From: Candidatus Dormiibacterota bacterium
Lineage (GTDB): Bacteria; Chloroflexota; Dormibacteria; Aeolococcales; Aeolococcaceae
DNA: 64,000 nucleotides
Reading direction: 5' to 3'
NCBI GenBank assembly: GCA_963709585.1
Contig: CAVPXI010000014.1
Location: 84,320 to 148,319, forward strand
Shown: positions 10,458 through 20,361 of the stretch, one piece after another
Layout: the number at the start of each line of letters is the position of its first letter
Position numbering within the stretch: the stretch's first letter is position 1
Notes under the pieces: generated by a model
Seen by the model: the letters and a program-made list of their open reading frames with translations, nothing else
What the model was told of the DNA's origin: nothing
The model's database searches: none
Program-made: the position numbers and the translations under genes

Positions 10458-11375
10458 TCATTTGACCGCCCCGGCGAGCACGCCACGGACGAAATACCGC
10501 TGGAAGGCAAAGAACACGATCAAGGGAATGACGATCGAGATCATCGCCCCCGTGGAGATGATGTAGTAGTTGTTGGCCAGAGCTCGGGTCTGCCCGTAGA
10601 GGAACATCGTCAGCGTGATGTGGGTGCTGGCCCCCAGGAAGACGAGCGCGACGAGCAGGTCGTTCCAGACCCAGATGAACTGGAAGATGGCAAGCGACGC
10701 CAGCGCGGGAATGCCGATCGGCAACACGACCTTCCGGAACAGCGTCCACTCCCCCGCTCCGTCGATCCGTCCCGCTTCCAGGAGATCATGCGGGATGCCC
10801 GAGTAGAAGTTGCGCATCAGGAAGATACCGAACGGCAAGCCGAAGGCCACGTGGAAGATGACCGTGCCGATCACCGAACCGAAAAAGTGCAGCCCTGTGG
10901 CGGTGTCAACAACCTTGTACAGGCTGGCGACCGGGATCAGCGCCATCTGCAGCGGCAGGACGAGCATCGCGACGATGAGGAGAAACACGAGAGTCCGTCC
11001 CCGCCATCTGCCGAACACGAGCGAATACGCGGTGAGGCTCGAGATCAGGGTCACAAGGACCGTGACCGGCACCGTGATCGCGATCGATGTTGTCAGCGAA
11101 TCGAGCACGCCACCCGCTTTGAACCCCGCGGACAACAGCCCCTGGTAGTTGGAGAACGTCAATTGCGCCGGTGCGGTGAGCACCGTCCACCATCCGGATT
11201 GCTCGAACGCGCTGTTGGGCCGGAGCGAGATGATCGCGATGCCGATCGAGGGCACCAGCCAGAAGATCGCAATGGCCGCGAGGGCGACGTTGAGGACGAT
11301 GCGCGACGGGCGCAGACGGAAGCGCTGCCGCTTCGCCTGAGCAGCGACCGGCAACGACGCAGCCTGCACGCTCAT
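10458..11375 (-). CDS. carbohydrate ABC transporter permease (MalG/UgpE-like)
   Basis: ORF 10458..11645, trimmed to the ATG at 11375, which forms an ATGA overlap with the upstream permease stop. Six TM helices and an EAA loop (DLLEAGRIDGAGEWTLFRKVVLP). Confidence 0.9.
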   Translation of the reverse strand: MSVQAASLPVAAQAKRQRFRLRPSRIVLNVALAAIAIFWLVPSIGIAIISLRPNSAFEQSGWWTVLTAPAQLTFSNYQGLLSAGFKAGGVLDSLTTSIAITVPVTVLVTLISSLTAYSLVFGRWRGRTLVFLLIVAMLVLPLQMALIPVASLYKVVDTATGLHFFGSVIGTVIFHVAFGLPFGIFLMRNFYSGIPHDLLEAGRIDGAGEWTLFRKVVLPIGIPALASLAIFQFIWVWNDLLVALVFLGASTHITLTMFLYGQTRALANNYYIISTGAMISIVIPLIVFFAFQRYFVRGVLAGAVK

Positions 11376-12811
11376 CCGCGGATCCTCTTGAGGTTGAACA
11401 GCATCGCCGGAACGACCAGGATGAACAGCACCACGGCAAGCGCGGCGGCGAGTCCCTGGCCCGTCGTAGTCTCGAAGTCGTTGTAGATGTCCACCGCGAT
11501 CGTGGCCGCCCCTGACTGCGATGACGGCGCCGCCATGTTCAGGATGATGTCGAAGATCTTGAGGACGTTGATGAGCATTGTGACGAATACCACGACGAGC
11601 ACCGGCATCAGCATCGGCACGGTCACCCGGCGCAGGGTCTGCCACTCACTGGCACCGTCGATCTGCGCAGCCTCGAGCACCTCGCGGTTCAAGGCGGCGA
11701 GCCCGGCGCCGATGACCACCATCGCAAAGCCTGCCCAGATCCAGAGGTAGCCGATGATCATCGCGATGTCTACGATCGGCAAGCTCAGGATCGCCTGCAT
11801 TGTCGGGCTCAACGAGCCGGTCGGCGTCAGCGATTGCGTGCCAAGAAAGAAGATGCCGCTGAAGCCTGCATGGAAGTTGCTGGCGTCGATCTGCACCCGG
11901 TAGTTGCCCGAGCCGACACCGTCGAACTTGAACGTGCCATTCGCCGCCGTGGTGGTGGTCGCCGTAGCGGAGCCGCCTGAGCTCAGCAGCGAGAGATGCA
12001 ACCCCGGGACGCCATCCTCGTCGGGGAATATCTGGCCTCGCTGAGTGGGGTGAGTCGGTGAGAAGTCACGCCACACCAGCCCGGTGACAGCTCCCGACGC
12101 CGCCGTCGGCGCCACCGCCGCGACCGCTCCGTTCTGCTGCAACGCCGTGGGACTGATCGCGATGAGTCCGAGTTCGAGGGTGCCTCCCGCAGCGACGGTC
12201 GTCTTGCTCTCGAGGGTGCCCCCCGGTCCCGGCTGCACCCCGGTGGCGGCCAGGCCCGACACGGTCTGACCGGTGGTCGGGTCGATCGGGTACAGCCCCG
12301 GGGGATTGACGGCGTTGCTGACTCCCTGAATCGCGGCGTTGACCATGCCGGTATGGGGATCGATGAAGAAGATCGACGCCCACGTCAACCCCGCGGCGGT
12401 CGCGCTGAACACGAGCGGCATGAACACGATCGTCTTGAATGCCGTCGACCAACGAATGCGTTCGGTGAGCACCGCGAAGACGAGGCCGAAGAACGTGACC
12501 AGGAACGGAAACAGCACGACCCAGACGACGTTGTTCTTGAGCGAGACGATGATGTCGGTCGTCGAGAAGACGGCTTTGTAGTTGCCGAGCCCGATGAAGT
12601 TCTGGCCGCTGGCATCGAACAGGCTCCGCACCACGGTGGCGATGAACGGATACACCACGATGATCAGCAGCCAGACAGCACCTGGAAGGAGGAAGAGCAG
12701 CGAGCCGAGGTGGCTTCGGAAGCCGCCCCCGCCCGCCGGCGTGCTCGTGGTCGGCAGGATTTCCGCGGGCGCAGCCGGCAGGGATTCGGAGGTCGGAACG
12801 GCTACCGCCAC
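11372..12811 (-). CDS. carbohydrate ABC transporter permease (MalF/UgpA-like) with a large extracytoplasmic insertion
   Basis: GTG start at 12811 with GAAGG upstream. EAA loop LEAAQIDGASEWQTLRRVTVP. An insert of about 190 aa between TM helices contains an SdrD-B/Cna-B-like segment (GLVWRDFSP...DEDGVPGLHLSLL...TTTAANGTFKFDGVGSGNYRVQID). Confidence 0.85.
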   Translation of the reverse strand: MAVAVPTSESLPAAPAEILPTTSTPAGGGGFRSHLGSLLFLLPGAVWLLIIVVYPFIATVVRSLFDASGQNFIGLGNYKAVFSTTDIIVSLKNNVVWVVLFPFLVTFFGLVFAVLTERIRWSTAFKTIVFMPLVFSATAAGLTWASIFFIDPHTGMVNAAIQGVSNAVNPPGLYPIDPTTGQTVSGLAATGVQPGPGGTLESKTTVAAGGTLELGLIAISPTALQQNGAVAAVAPTAASGAVTGLVWRDFSPTHPTQRGQIFPDEDGVPGLHLSLLSSGGSATATTTTAANGTFKFDGVGSGNYRVQIDASNFHAGFSGIFFLGTQSLTPTGSLSPTMQAILSLPIVDIAMIIGYLWIWAGFAMVVIGAGLAALNREVLEAAQIDGASEWQTLRRVTVPMLMPVLVVVFVTMLINVLKIFDIILNMAAPSSQSGAATIAVDIYNDFETTTGQGLAAALAVVLFILVVPAMLFNLKRIRG

Positions 12812-13001
12812 GTTCGAGCCTTCACCACAGTGCCGGAGATGCTACTTGTGCGGACGGGCGACCGCAACCCCGGTATCACCCATTGGTATGAGAACCGATC
12901 TGAGGCAGTTGCGTTTCGCGGACAGGTGGAGTACACCGATGCATTACGCACTGGATCGCCGGGGGCTGGGCGAGGGTTTTGCCCCCGTGAGGAGGACCTT
13001 T

Positions 13002-14387
13002 ATGACGCAGGTCAGCACGCTGAGCAGGCTGGCGGTGGTGACGGCCGGAGTCCTGGGAATCGCGACCGCATGCGGTTCGACATCGACGCCCGCAACGTCA
13101 TCGAGTTCGAGCTCATCGAGCGCGAAGATCGGCGGATCGGTCACGGTCTGGGCCGAATGGACGTCACAGGAGCAGCAGGACTTCCTGGCCGCGCTGGCGC
13201 CGTTTGAGGCGTCGACTGGCATCACCGTGAACTACCAGGGCAAGGGCAACAACATGAGCACCGTGCTCACCACCGCGGTGTCGGGCGGGTCACCGCCGGA
13301 CGTGGCCCTCGTCGCCGACCCGGGCACGCTGCAAACCCTGGCCAAGCAAGGCTCGATCAAGGATCTGACCAGCATCGTCGGCGGCATGGCCTCCAACTTC
13401 GGTGCCGCCTGGAACACGCTGGCGACCTACAACGGCAAGCTGTACGGCGTGTGGTTCAAGGGCGCGAACAAGAACACCATCTTTTACAACCCGGCGCTGT
13501 TCACCGCGGCGGGCATCACGTCGCCGCCCACCACGTGGGAGCAGCTGCTCACCGACGCCGCGCAGCTGAAGGCAGCCGGCGAGACACCCTTCTCGTTGTG
13601 CACCGACATCGGCTGGCCGGTCGCGGATATGTGGCAGAACATCTATCTCAAGACCGCCGGCGCCGCGGACTACGACAAGCTGGCGACGCACACGCTCAAG
13701 TGGACCGATCCGACGGTGACCACGGCCTTCACGACCATGGCCCAGCTGGTCGGCCAGACCTCGTACTTGCTTGGTGGACTGCAGGGTTCGCTGTCCCTCA
13801 CGTACCCGACGTGCGCGGACAAGGTGTTCCCCAAGCCACCGGCGCAGCCGCAGGCGGCGATGGTGGCCGAGGGCGACTTCGTGGTCAGCGAGATCGCCGG
13901 AAACTCCGCTAATTACAACCCGGGGACGACCGGCGCCGGCGGCGCGGCGTGCACCGCGAGCCCCGCGAGCAAGCCGTGCTTCGACTTCTTCTCATTCCCG
14001 GCGCCGGCAGCGGACAGCGCGAACAGCGGAGCCATCCAGGGTGCGGGTGACGTGGCGATGATGCTGAATGCGACGCCACAGGCGACCGCGCTCATCAAGT
14101 ACCTTGCCGGCCCCGAGGGCGGCACCATCTGGGCTCACCTGGGTGGCTTCGCGTCGCCTAACAACCAGGTGAAGACGAGTGCCTACCCGGATCCCGTCAC
14201 CCAGGCCGACGCCCAGGCCCTGGTCAGCGCGAGCAGCTTCGTTTTCAGCCTCGACGATCTCCAGGGAAGCTGGGAGCCGAAGATGTGGGCGGATCTGATC
14301 GACTTCCTCAAGAACCCCAGCAGCTCGAACATCTCCTCGATCGAGTCGACGATGGACACGCAGGCGGCGGCCGCTCTCGGCCACTGA
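13002..14387 (+). CDS. carbohydrate ABC transporter substrate-binding lipoprotein
   Basis: ORF 12582..14387, trimmed to the ATG at 13002, which has GAGGAGGA upstream. Lipobox (GIATACGS). Family-1 solute-binding-like sequence. Divergent from the permease genes. Confidence 0.85.
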   Translation: MTQVSTLSRLAVVTAGVLGIATACGSTSTPATSSSSSSSSAKIGGSVTVWAEWTSQEQQDFLAALAPFEASTGITVNYQGKGNNMSTVLTTAVSGGSPPDVALVADPGTLQTLAKQGSIKDLTSIVGGMASNFGAAWNTLATYNGKLYGVWFKGANKNTIFYNPALFTAAGITSPPTTWEQLLTDAAQLKAAGETPFSLCTDIGWPVADMWQNIYLKTAGAADYDKLATHTLKWTDPTVTTAFTTMAQLVGQTSYLLGGLQGSLSLTYPTCADKVFPKPPAQPQAAMVAEGDFVVSEIAGNSANYNPGTTGAGGAACTASPASKPCFDFFSFPAPAADSANSGAIQGAGDVAMMLNATPQATALIKYLAGPEGGTIWAHLGGFASPNNQVKTSAYPDPVTQADAQALVSASSFVFSLDDLQGSWEPKMWADLIDFLKNPSSSNISSIESTMDTQAAAALGH

Positions 14388-14415
14388 CCAAGTCACCTCG
14401 CGCAAGCGCGGCCGG

Positions 14416-14439
14416 TCCGGCTCGGAAGCACGAGCCGGG
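14416..14439 (+). terminator. GC-rich hairpin downstream of the sugar-binding protein gene (possible intrinsic terminator, no T-tract)
   Basis: CCGGCTCG-gaagca-CGAGCCGG lies 30 nt after the stop at 14387. Confidence 0.3.
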
Positions 14440-14484
14440 CTGGCCGACAGCGCACCATCCGGGGGGCTGCGCCGGGTAACCCGA

Positions 14485-15549
14485 ATGCTAGGCTCCGGCA
14501 GCGTGGAGGAACGCGCTGTCGTGAGCCCAACGCCGCGAGGATTGCTCACCCGTTTTCTCAACGGCTCCGGCGTGGAGCTCGGGCCGGGTCATCACCCGAT
14601 GCCCCTCCCCTTTCCGGGCGTTTCGGTCCGCTACGTGGACCGCTGGCAGCCCGAGGAGAACCTCGCCTTGTTCACCAACATCGAGGCCGGGGCAACGTTT
14701 CCCAAGCCCGACATCGTCGCCAACCTCGACGTCGACCGCCTCTCGGCTCTTCCTGACGAGAGCCAGGACTTCGTGATCGCGAGCCATCTGCTCGAGCACC
14801 TTGCCGATCCACTCACGCAGATCGACGAGATCCACCGGGTCCTGAGGCCGGGCGCGGTCGTACTCGTCTTTCTTCCCGATCGGCGCTACACGTTTGATCG
14901 CAAGCGGTCCGCGACCCCACTCGCGCATCTCATCGCCGAGCATCGAGAACGGGTCACCGTTGTCAGCGACGAGCACATCGAGGATTACCTGCGAAAGACC
15001 GACGTCTGGGACCCCTCATGGACGCCGGAGCAGGAGCGCGAACAGTTCGAGCTGAACCGCCAGCGATCGATTCACGTCCACTGCTGGTCGGAGGACGAAT
15101 TCCTGCCGGTGCTCGAGTACACCGTCCTCGAGATGGGGATGCGCTGGGAGCTGCTCGACGCCATGTTTGTCGAAGACGTTCCCGGGGGATTTGAATTCGG
15201 ATTCGTGCTGCGCCGCTCGCCGGTGGCGGCGGAGCCCGCAGTGATGGCGGAACACCTTCGGCTGTCCTGGCAGGTGCTCGCGTCGAAGTCGCGCCAGCAC
15301 GCCGAGGCTGAGCGGCAGATTGCACGGCTCCGTGCGCTGCCGGGCTTTCCGGTGATGCAGCGCGCGTGGCGCGTGCAGCGCCGGCTGCGCCAGGATTTGA
15401 CCAGGGCGCTCGACGGCACGCGGGCGGCGACCGTGTTCTCGAGCGGACGTCGCTCGCTAGGCTTGCAACACCGCCGCGACCGCGCCCACGACGAAGATCA
15501 GGGCAAGGTAGGCGAGCGAGTAGTGGAACAGCACCGCCGCAGCGTGTGA
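14485..15549 (+). CDS. class I SAM-dependent methyltransferase-like protein
   Basis: VELGPG (motif I-like) ... DFVIASHLLEHLADP...IHRVLRPGAVVLVFLPD, typical of the Methyltransf_11/23 fold. The C-terminal roughly 30 codons overlap ctaB convergently, so the true stop or tail is uncertain. Confidence 0.7.
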   Translation: MLGSGSVEERAVVSPTPRGLLTRFLNGSGVELGPGHHPMPLPFPGVSVRYVDRWQPEENLALFTNIEAGATFPKPDIVANLDVDRLSALPDESQDFVIASHLLEHLADPLTQIDEIHRVLRPGAVVLVFLPDRRYTFDRKRSATPLAHLIAEHRERVTVVSDEHIEDYLRKTDVWDPSWTPEQEREQFELNRQRSIHVHCWSEDEFLPVLEYTVLEMGMRWELLDAMFVEDVPGGFEFGFVLRRSPVAAEPAVMAEHLRLSWQVLASKSRQHAEAERQIARLRALPGFPVMQRAWRVQRRLRQDLTRALDGTRAATVFSSGRRSLGLQHRRDRAHDEDQGKVGERVVEQHRRSV

Positions 15550-16410
15550 TGACCCTTTCGCCCGAGCCCAAAGCGCCAGCCCGAGATAGCAGCCGCCGAG
15601 CACACCGGCTCCCACCGTGTAACCGATGCCGAGCATGAGTCCTGGGAGCAGGCTCGCAGCGATCAGGGCAAGCAGGTACAGAAGGATCCGCCGGTGGGTC
15701 CGGGCGGTACCGATGATCCCCGGGAGCATCGGCACGCTCGCGTTGCGGTAGTCACGTCGAAGCAGGAGCGCCAGCGACCAGAAGTGTGGCGGGGTCCACA
15801 GGAATACCAGCGCAAAGAGCACGAACGCCGGCCATCCGACGTTGTCCTGGACCGCCGCCCATCCGACGAGCGGTGGAAACGCGCCGGCGGCGCCACCGAT
15901 GACGATGTTGAGCGGTGTTCTGCGCTTGAGCAGCATGGTGTAGATGAGGACGTAGAAGAGCCCGCCACCGAGCGCCAGCGCTGCCGCCAGGGTGTTCACG
16001 GCAACACTGAACACCACCACCGACGCGACGATCAGCGAGACCCCAAAGGTGAGCGCCTGCCACGGAAGAATGCGACCCGACGGGAGCGGACGGCTGCAGG
16101 TCCGCGCCATCACCCGGTCGATGTCGCGGTCGTACCAGCAGTTGATCGCGCCGGAGCCTCCGGACGCGAGCGCGCCGCCGAGCGCCGCCCAGAAGAGCAG
16201 CGGGAGTGATGGAACGCCGCGCGCGGCGATGAACATCGTCGCGACTTCGGTGATGAGCAGCAGGACGATGATTCGGGGCTTGGCGAGGCTGATGTAGTCG
16301 CGAGCGTTGGCTCGGATGTCGGTCGACATGCCGAGTGCGACCCCGCCGGCAGCTCCGGCCACGCCGATGGCGTCCGGTGGGCTCATCGCGATGTCTGCGC
16401 TGGTTTGCAT
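15457..16410 (-). CDS. ctaB: protohaem IX farnesyltransferase (haem O synthase)
   Basis: ORF 15457..16704, trimmed to the ATG at 16410, which has GGAGAGG upstream. UbiA-family motifs (NCWYDRDIDRVMARTCSRPLPSG, and a second Asp-rich region). Last gene of the oxidase operon. Confidence 0.9.
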   Translation of the reverse strand: MQTSADIAMSPPDAIGVAGAAGGVALGMSTDIRANARDYISLAKPRIIVLLLITEVATMFIAARGVPSLPLLFWAALGGALASGGSGAINCWYDRDIDRVMARTCSRPLPSGRILPWQALTFGVSLIVASVVVFSVAVNTLAAALALGGGLFYVLIYTMLLKRRTPLNIVIGGAAGAFPPLVGWAAVQDNVGWPAFVLFALVFLWTPPHFWSLALLLRRDYRNASVPMLPGIIGTARTHRRILLYLLALIAASLLPGLMLGIGYTVGAGVLGGCYLGLALWARAKGSSHAAAVLFHYSLAYLALIFVVGAVAAVLQA

Positions 16411-16418
16411 GCCCTCTC

Positions 16419-16946
16419 CTACGCGCTGCCGGTCCGCGATGTGCCCAGGAGCGTGGTGATCTCGGCATTGAAATCCGCAACACTCATGGTCCCCAGTCCT
16501 CCGAGCACGACGTCGGCGACCTTGCCCTGCGTGCTGAGAAAGACCAGCGCCGGCGCCGATGGTATCCGGTAGTCGACGGCGAGCGTCGCATTGGTGTCCG
16601 CGATGCTGGCATAGGGCACCCGGAATGTCGATTGAAACGCGAGTGCCGGCCGCGTCGTGTCTCGCAGGTCGATGCCCAGGAACGAAACACCGCGGGCGGA
16701 CCACGTCGCGAACGCGGTGTTCAACGCGGGCTGCTCATCGTGGCAGGGCCCGCACCACGATGCCCAGAAGATGAGCACCACGGGATGGCCGCGCAATGAG
16801 GTGATGCTCACGTCCTTCCCGGCGAGCGTTGGGCCACCGGACGCGCTGACCTGCTCGGACGGGGCCGATGTCACGTGAGGCGCACCGCAGGCGGCGACGA
16901 GCACGGCGACCGCGCAACCTAGCACGACACGACGATTGCCGCTCAC
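16419..16946 (-). CDS. TlpA/ResA-like thiol:disulfide oxidoreductase lipoprotein
   Basis: Lipobox LVAACGAP. Thioredoxin-fold motif WASWCGPCHDEQP. GTGA overlap with the upstream gene. Confidence 0.85.
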   Translation of the reverse strand: MSGNRRVVLGCAVAVLVAACGAPHVTSAPSEQVSASGGPTLAGKDVSITSLRGHPVVLIFWASWCGPCHDEQPALNTAFATWSARGVSFLGIDLRDTTRPALAFQSTFRVPYASIADTNATLAVDYRIPSAPALVFLSTQGKVADVVLGGLGTMSVADFNAEITTLLGTSRTGSA

Positions 16947-18391
16947 GGTTGCGGAGCCACCGCGTTCGCCGCGGATCGGTCATCGACCTCGAACCACCGG
17001 ATTCCCAGGTAGAGCAGCGCGATGAGGAAGGGTGTGCCGCCCGGGACCCACATCACACCGGCGGCGATCTCCTGGTCCGCGAGCAGGCTGAGGCCTCCGG
17101 TCGGCGTCGGGTACGCGTACAGCGGATTGGTCGCGTATGCGATCAGGATGGCGAGACCCCAACTCACGAACATCCCAAGCAGGACCACCGCCGCGCGCCC
17201 CAGCAGTGACAGTCGCCCGGTTGCGTGGAGCGGGCTGATCACCTGGTCCCAGAACAACAGCCCGACCACGAGAAACGTCAGGTGCTCGAGATCGTGTACC
17301 GATGCGATCCGCAGCGTCGCGTCGTAGATGGCAGGGGTATGCCAGACGAGGAGGTCGACGCTGAACGCGAGCACGACCACGCTCGCAGCTCTCGAACCCG
17401 AATGGAGTACGTGCACGACACGTGCCGGCCACGTTCCCTCGACTTCGATCGGCCGTCCCTGGGCGGCCAGATACCCGGCCCACGCGGTTCGAAACGGATC
17501 AGCAAGCAGGATGAGTGGAGGTGCGACCAGCAGCAGGAGGACGTGCTGCACCATGTGATCCCACTGCAGCGTGGTGTCGAAGTACGAGATCGGTGACACC
17601 AGCGCGAGCAGGAGCGCACCGATGCCGAGCGCGAACGCCGTATCCCCGTTGTCCCATGTTGTTCCGCGTCCCAGGGCCACAGAGGCTGTTCGCCGCCCGC
17701 GCCAGTACAGATAGGCCGCGGTGGCACAGCCCACGATCGGTACTGGTTCGAAACTCCAGTTGAGCAGCGGTGGCCAGAGCATGCCTGCGGATGAGGCGTA
17801 CTGGATCAGCAGGTATACCGCGATGGAGACGCCGGTAATGTAGGCCCACTGCTCCAGGATGGCCCGGGCATGCGCCGAACCGAGGCGATCAGTGCCGCGC
17901 ACGTGCCCCATGATCAGGCTGAGCAACCAGGCCGCGACCCCGATGAACTCAGCAAGCAGGACCGCATACCACAGCGTCGAGATATCAGCGTACGTACCGG
18001 CGCTGTTGAGCGTCCAGTTGAACTGGTACATGAGTAGGATCCTCACGGCCCCCGTGAGCACTGTGGCCAGGAATGCCAACCAGAGCAATCCCGTGACCGC
18101 GCTGGATTCGCGTGCGCTGCTGACAGCATTCGAAACCGCCAGGAGAGCGACCACCCCGACGACCGGGAACGCGAGTGCGATCAACGCCAGCACCTGCGGC
18201 GGCGTACCGACGCCACTCGGGTGCCACATGCTCCCGAAGTTATTGGCTCGCAGATACAGGAATGCGAAGAGCAGGCTCAACTGAAGCGTCGTGTTCGACG
18301 CGATCACCAGCCGCGAACTGAAGATGAGCGTATGCCCGCCACCTTGAGTCTCGTCCATAACGGATAGTCCGGTGGGACTGGCCTCACTCAT
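16943..18391 (-). CDS. fusion of a haem-copper oxidase subunit-III-like domain with cytochrome oxidase assembly factor CtaG (Caa3_CtaG family)
   Basis: ORF 16943..18475, trimmed to the ATG at 18391, 2 nt after the ctaD stop. The N-terminal roughly 190 aa look like a short subunit III (LLFAFLYLRANNFGSMWHP..., TLWYAVLLAEFIGVAAWLL). The C-terminal roughly 290 aa look like CtaG (WSFEPVPIVG...YLYWRG, WDHMVQHVLLLLVAPPLILLADP, VHDLEHLTFLVVGLLFW). Confidence 0.7.
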   Translation of the reverse strand: MSEASPTGLSVMDETQGGGHTLIFSSRLVIASNTTLQLSLLFAFLYLRANNFGSMWHPSGVGTPPQVLALIALAFPVVGVVALLAVSNAVSSARESSAVTGLLWLAFLATVLTGAVRILLMYQFNWTLNSAGTYADISTLWYAVLLAEFIGVAAWLLSLIMGHVRGTDRLGSAHARAILEQWAYITGVSIAVYLLIQYASSAGMLWPPLLNWSFEPVPIVGCATAAYLYWRGRRTASVALGRGTTWDNGDTAFALGIGALLLALVSPISYFDTTLQWDHMVQHVLLLLVAPPLILLADPFRTAWAGYLAAQGRPIEVEGTWPARVVHVLHSGSRAASVVVLAFSVDLLVWHTPAIYDATLRIASVHDLEHLTFLVVGLLFWDQVISPLHATGRLSLLGRAAVVLLGMFVSWGLAILIAYATNPLYAYPTPTGGLSLLADQEIAAGVMWVPGGTPFLIALLYLGIRWFEVDDRSAANAVAPQP

Positions 18392-18393
18392 GC

Positions 18394-20324
18394 TCAGGCT
18401 CCACTCAATGCCGGTACGGCAGGTCCGAAGTCTGCCGCCGGCTTCCCAGTGTCGTAATTGTCTGGGAGCGACCACGAAACCGGCATCCGATCAAAGTTGA
18501 AGGTGGGCACCGGCGTCGGCACCTGCCACTCGACGCCGAGCGACTCCCATGGGTTGGCTGCGGCGACACGCTGCTTGATGACAACCTCCCAGATGAGAAT
18601 GCCGAGGAAGAGCGACATGGAGAGACCCAGCGCGAGCGCGAAGATCGACGCGCTGTCGTTCAGCGGTTGGAGGTACGCTGCATAGCTGATGTCGCGGCGC
18701 GGCATCCCGAGAATTCCAACGGCGATGAGCGAGATGAACGTCCCATTGAAGGTGAGGAACACCGCCCAGAACTGGTAGCGCAGGAGCTTGATGTCCATGG
18801 TCCGGCCGGTCATCTTCGGAAGGTAATAGACGATCCCGGCCATGAGCGCGAAGACCTCCCCACCCATGATCGTGTAGTGGAAGTGTGCCTGCACGAAGTA
18901 GCTTGCATGGAGCGTGAAGTCGCTCGGGACGTCGGAGAGAAAGACGCCCGTGAACCCACCGATCAGGAAGTTGAAGAAGAAGGCGAAGATGAAGAGCATC
19001 GGGGTGCCGAAGCGAGTTCGAGCGCGCCATAGCGTTCCCAACGCCACCAGGTAGATGATCCCCGTCGGCACCGAGATCATCTCCGTGGAGAACATGTAGA
19101 AGGGTCGCAGCGAGGGTGCGATGCCGCTGACAAACAGGTGGTGCTGCCAGACCACGAAGCTCAGCACGCCGACACCGACCATGCCGCCGATTCCTACGCG
19201 ACGTCCCCAGAGCGGCTTTCTGGCGAAGGCCGGGAGCATCTCCATGACCAGGCCAAAGGCGGGGACGACAAAGATGTAGACCTCGGGGTGGCCGAAGAAC
19301 CAGAAGAGGTTCTCCCACAAGTACGGCGAGCCACCACCCGCGGGGATGAAGAACGTCGCCTGATAGGTGCGGCTGAACATCTCCATCAGGACCGCGACGA
19401 TCAGTGCTGGCGCTGCGAGCGCGCCGAGGAACGACGTCACCAGCACTGACCACACGAATACCGGCATCCGGCTCAGGGGCATCTCCGGAGCCCGCTTGGT
19501 CAGGATCGTCGCGATCATGTTCAAACCAGACAGCGCGATCGAGAGGCCGATCAGGGCGAAGCCCATGAGGTAGGAGTCCATGCCGAGGACGTTCTGGTCG
19601 GAGAGCGGCGCATAGCCCGTCCACCCCGTGGTGAAGCCACCGAGAAAGACCGTGGAGAGCAGGATCAAGCCGCAGGCGGGAGGAGCCAGAACGTGAGCGC
19701 CTCGAGGCGCGGGAATGCCATGTTGCGCGCGCCGATCATGATCGGCACGAAGTAGTTGCCGAACGGACCGATGATCGCTGTCGACGCCATGAAGATCATC
19801 AGCGTGCTGTGAAGGCCAACCAGCGTCAGATATGACTGGGCGTTCGCCACCGACGGCACGGGAGTCAGCAGCTCGGTCCGAATGAACATGGCCCCCAGCC
19901 CGCCGATGAACAGGAAGGCGAGGATCATCACCATGTACTGCATTCCGATCACCTTGTGATCGGTGGTCATGCGGAAGTACCGAAGGAGGCCCCCGCCCTC
20001 ACCGTGCAGGTAGGCGTTGTCCTCCTCGGTGGGCCTCTTGGCGCCGAAAAGACGGCCGATCGGGTAGTTGAAGAACCCCATGCCGGCAAGGAATCCGGCG
20101 GCGCTCATGGCGTAGCCGAGCAGAATCCCGGGATCGGAGCCAAGCGAGGTCGGTTCGCCGCCGGCGCCGTAGAAGTTGGAGATGGCTCCACTGCCGAGGG
20201 CGTACCCGGCGATGAAGCCGATCACTGCGCCGATCAGTCCGAGCAACAGCCCCCACTCATTGAGCCGCCGTGCCAGGGTCGGCCGTGTCGACATCGATGG
20301 CCGGGCGGTGGTTACAGCGTCCAC
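18394..20324 (-). pseudogene. ctaD: cytochrome c oxidase subunit I, split by one apparent frameshift
   Basis: ORF 19665..20411 ends ...AFPRLEALTFWLLPPAA*. ORF 18394..19668 continues ILLSTVFLGGFTTGWTGYAPLS...WFFGHPEVYIF...HHLF... The junction at about 19668-19675 fits the loss of one G (gcgggc to gcggc). The likely start is the GTG at 20324 with GGAG 5 nt upstream (alternative: ATG at 20294). Confidence 0.85.
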
Positions 20325-20361
20325 ATCTGCTCCCTCGTGTGTGTATGCGAGTAGAACGCGG

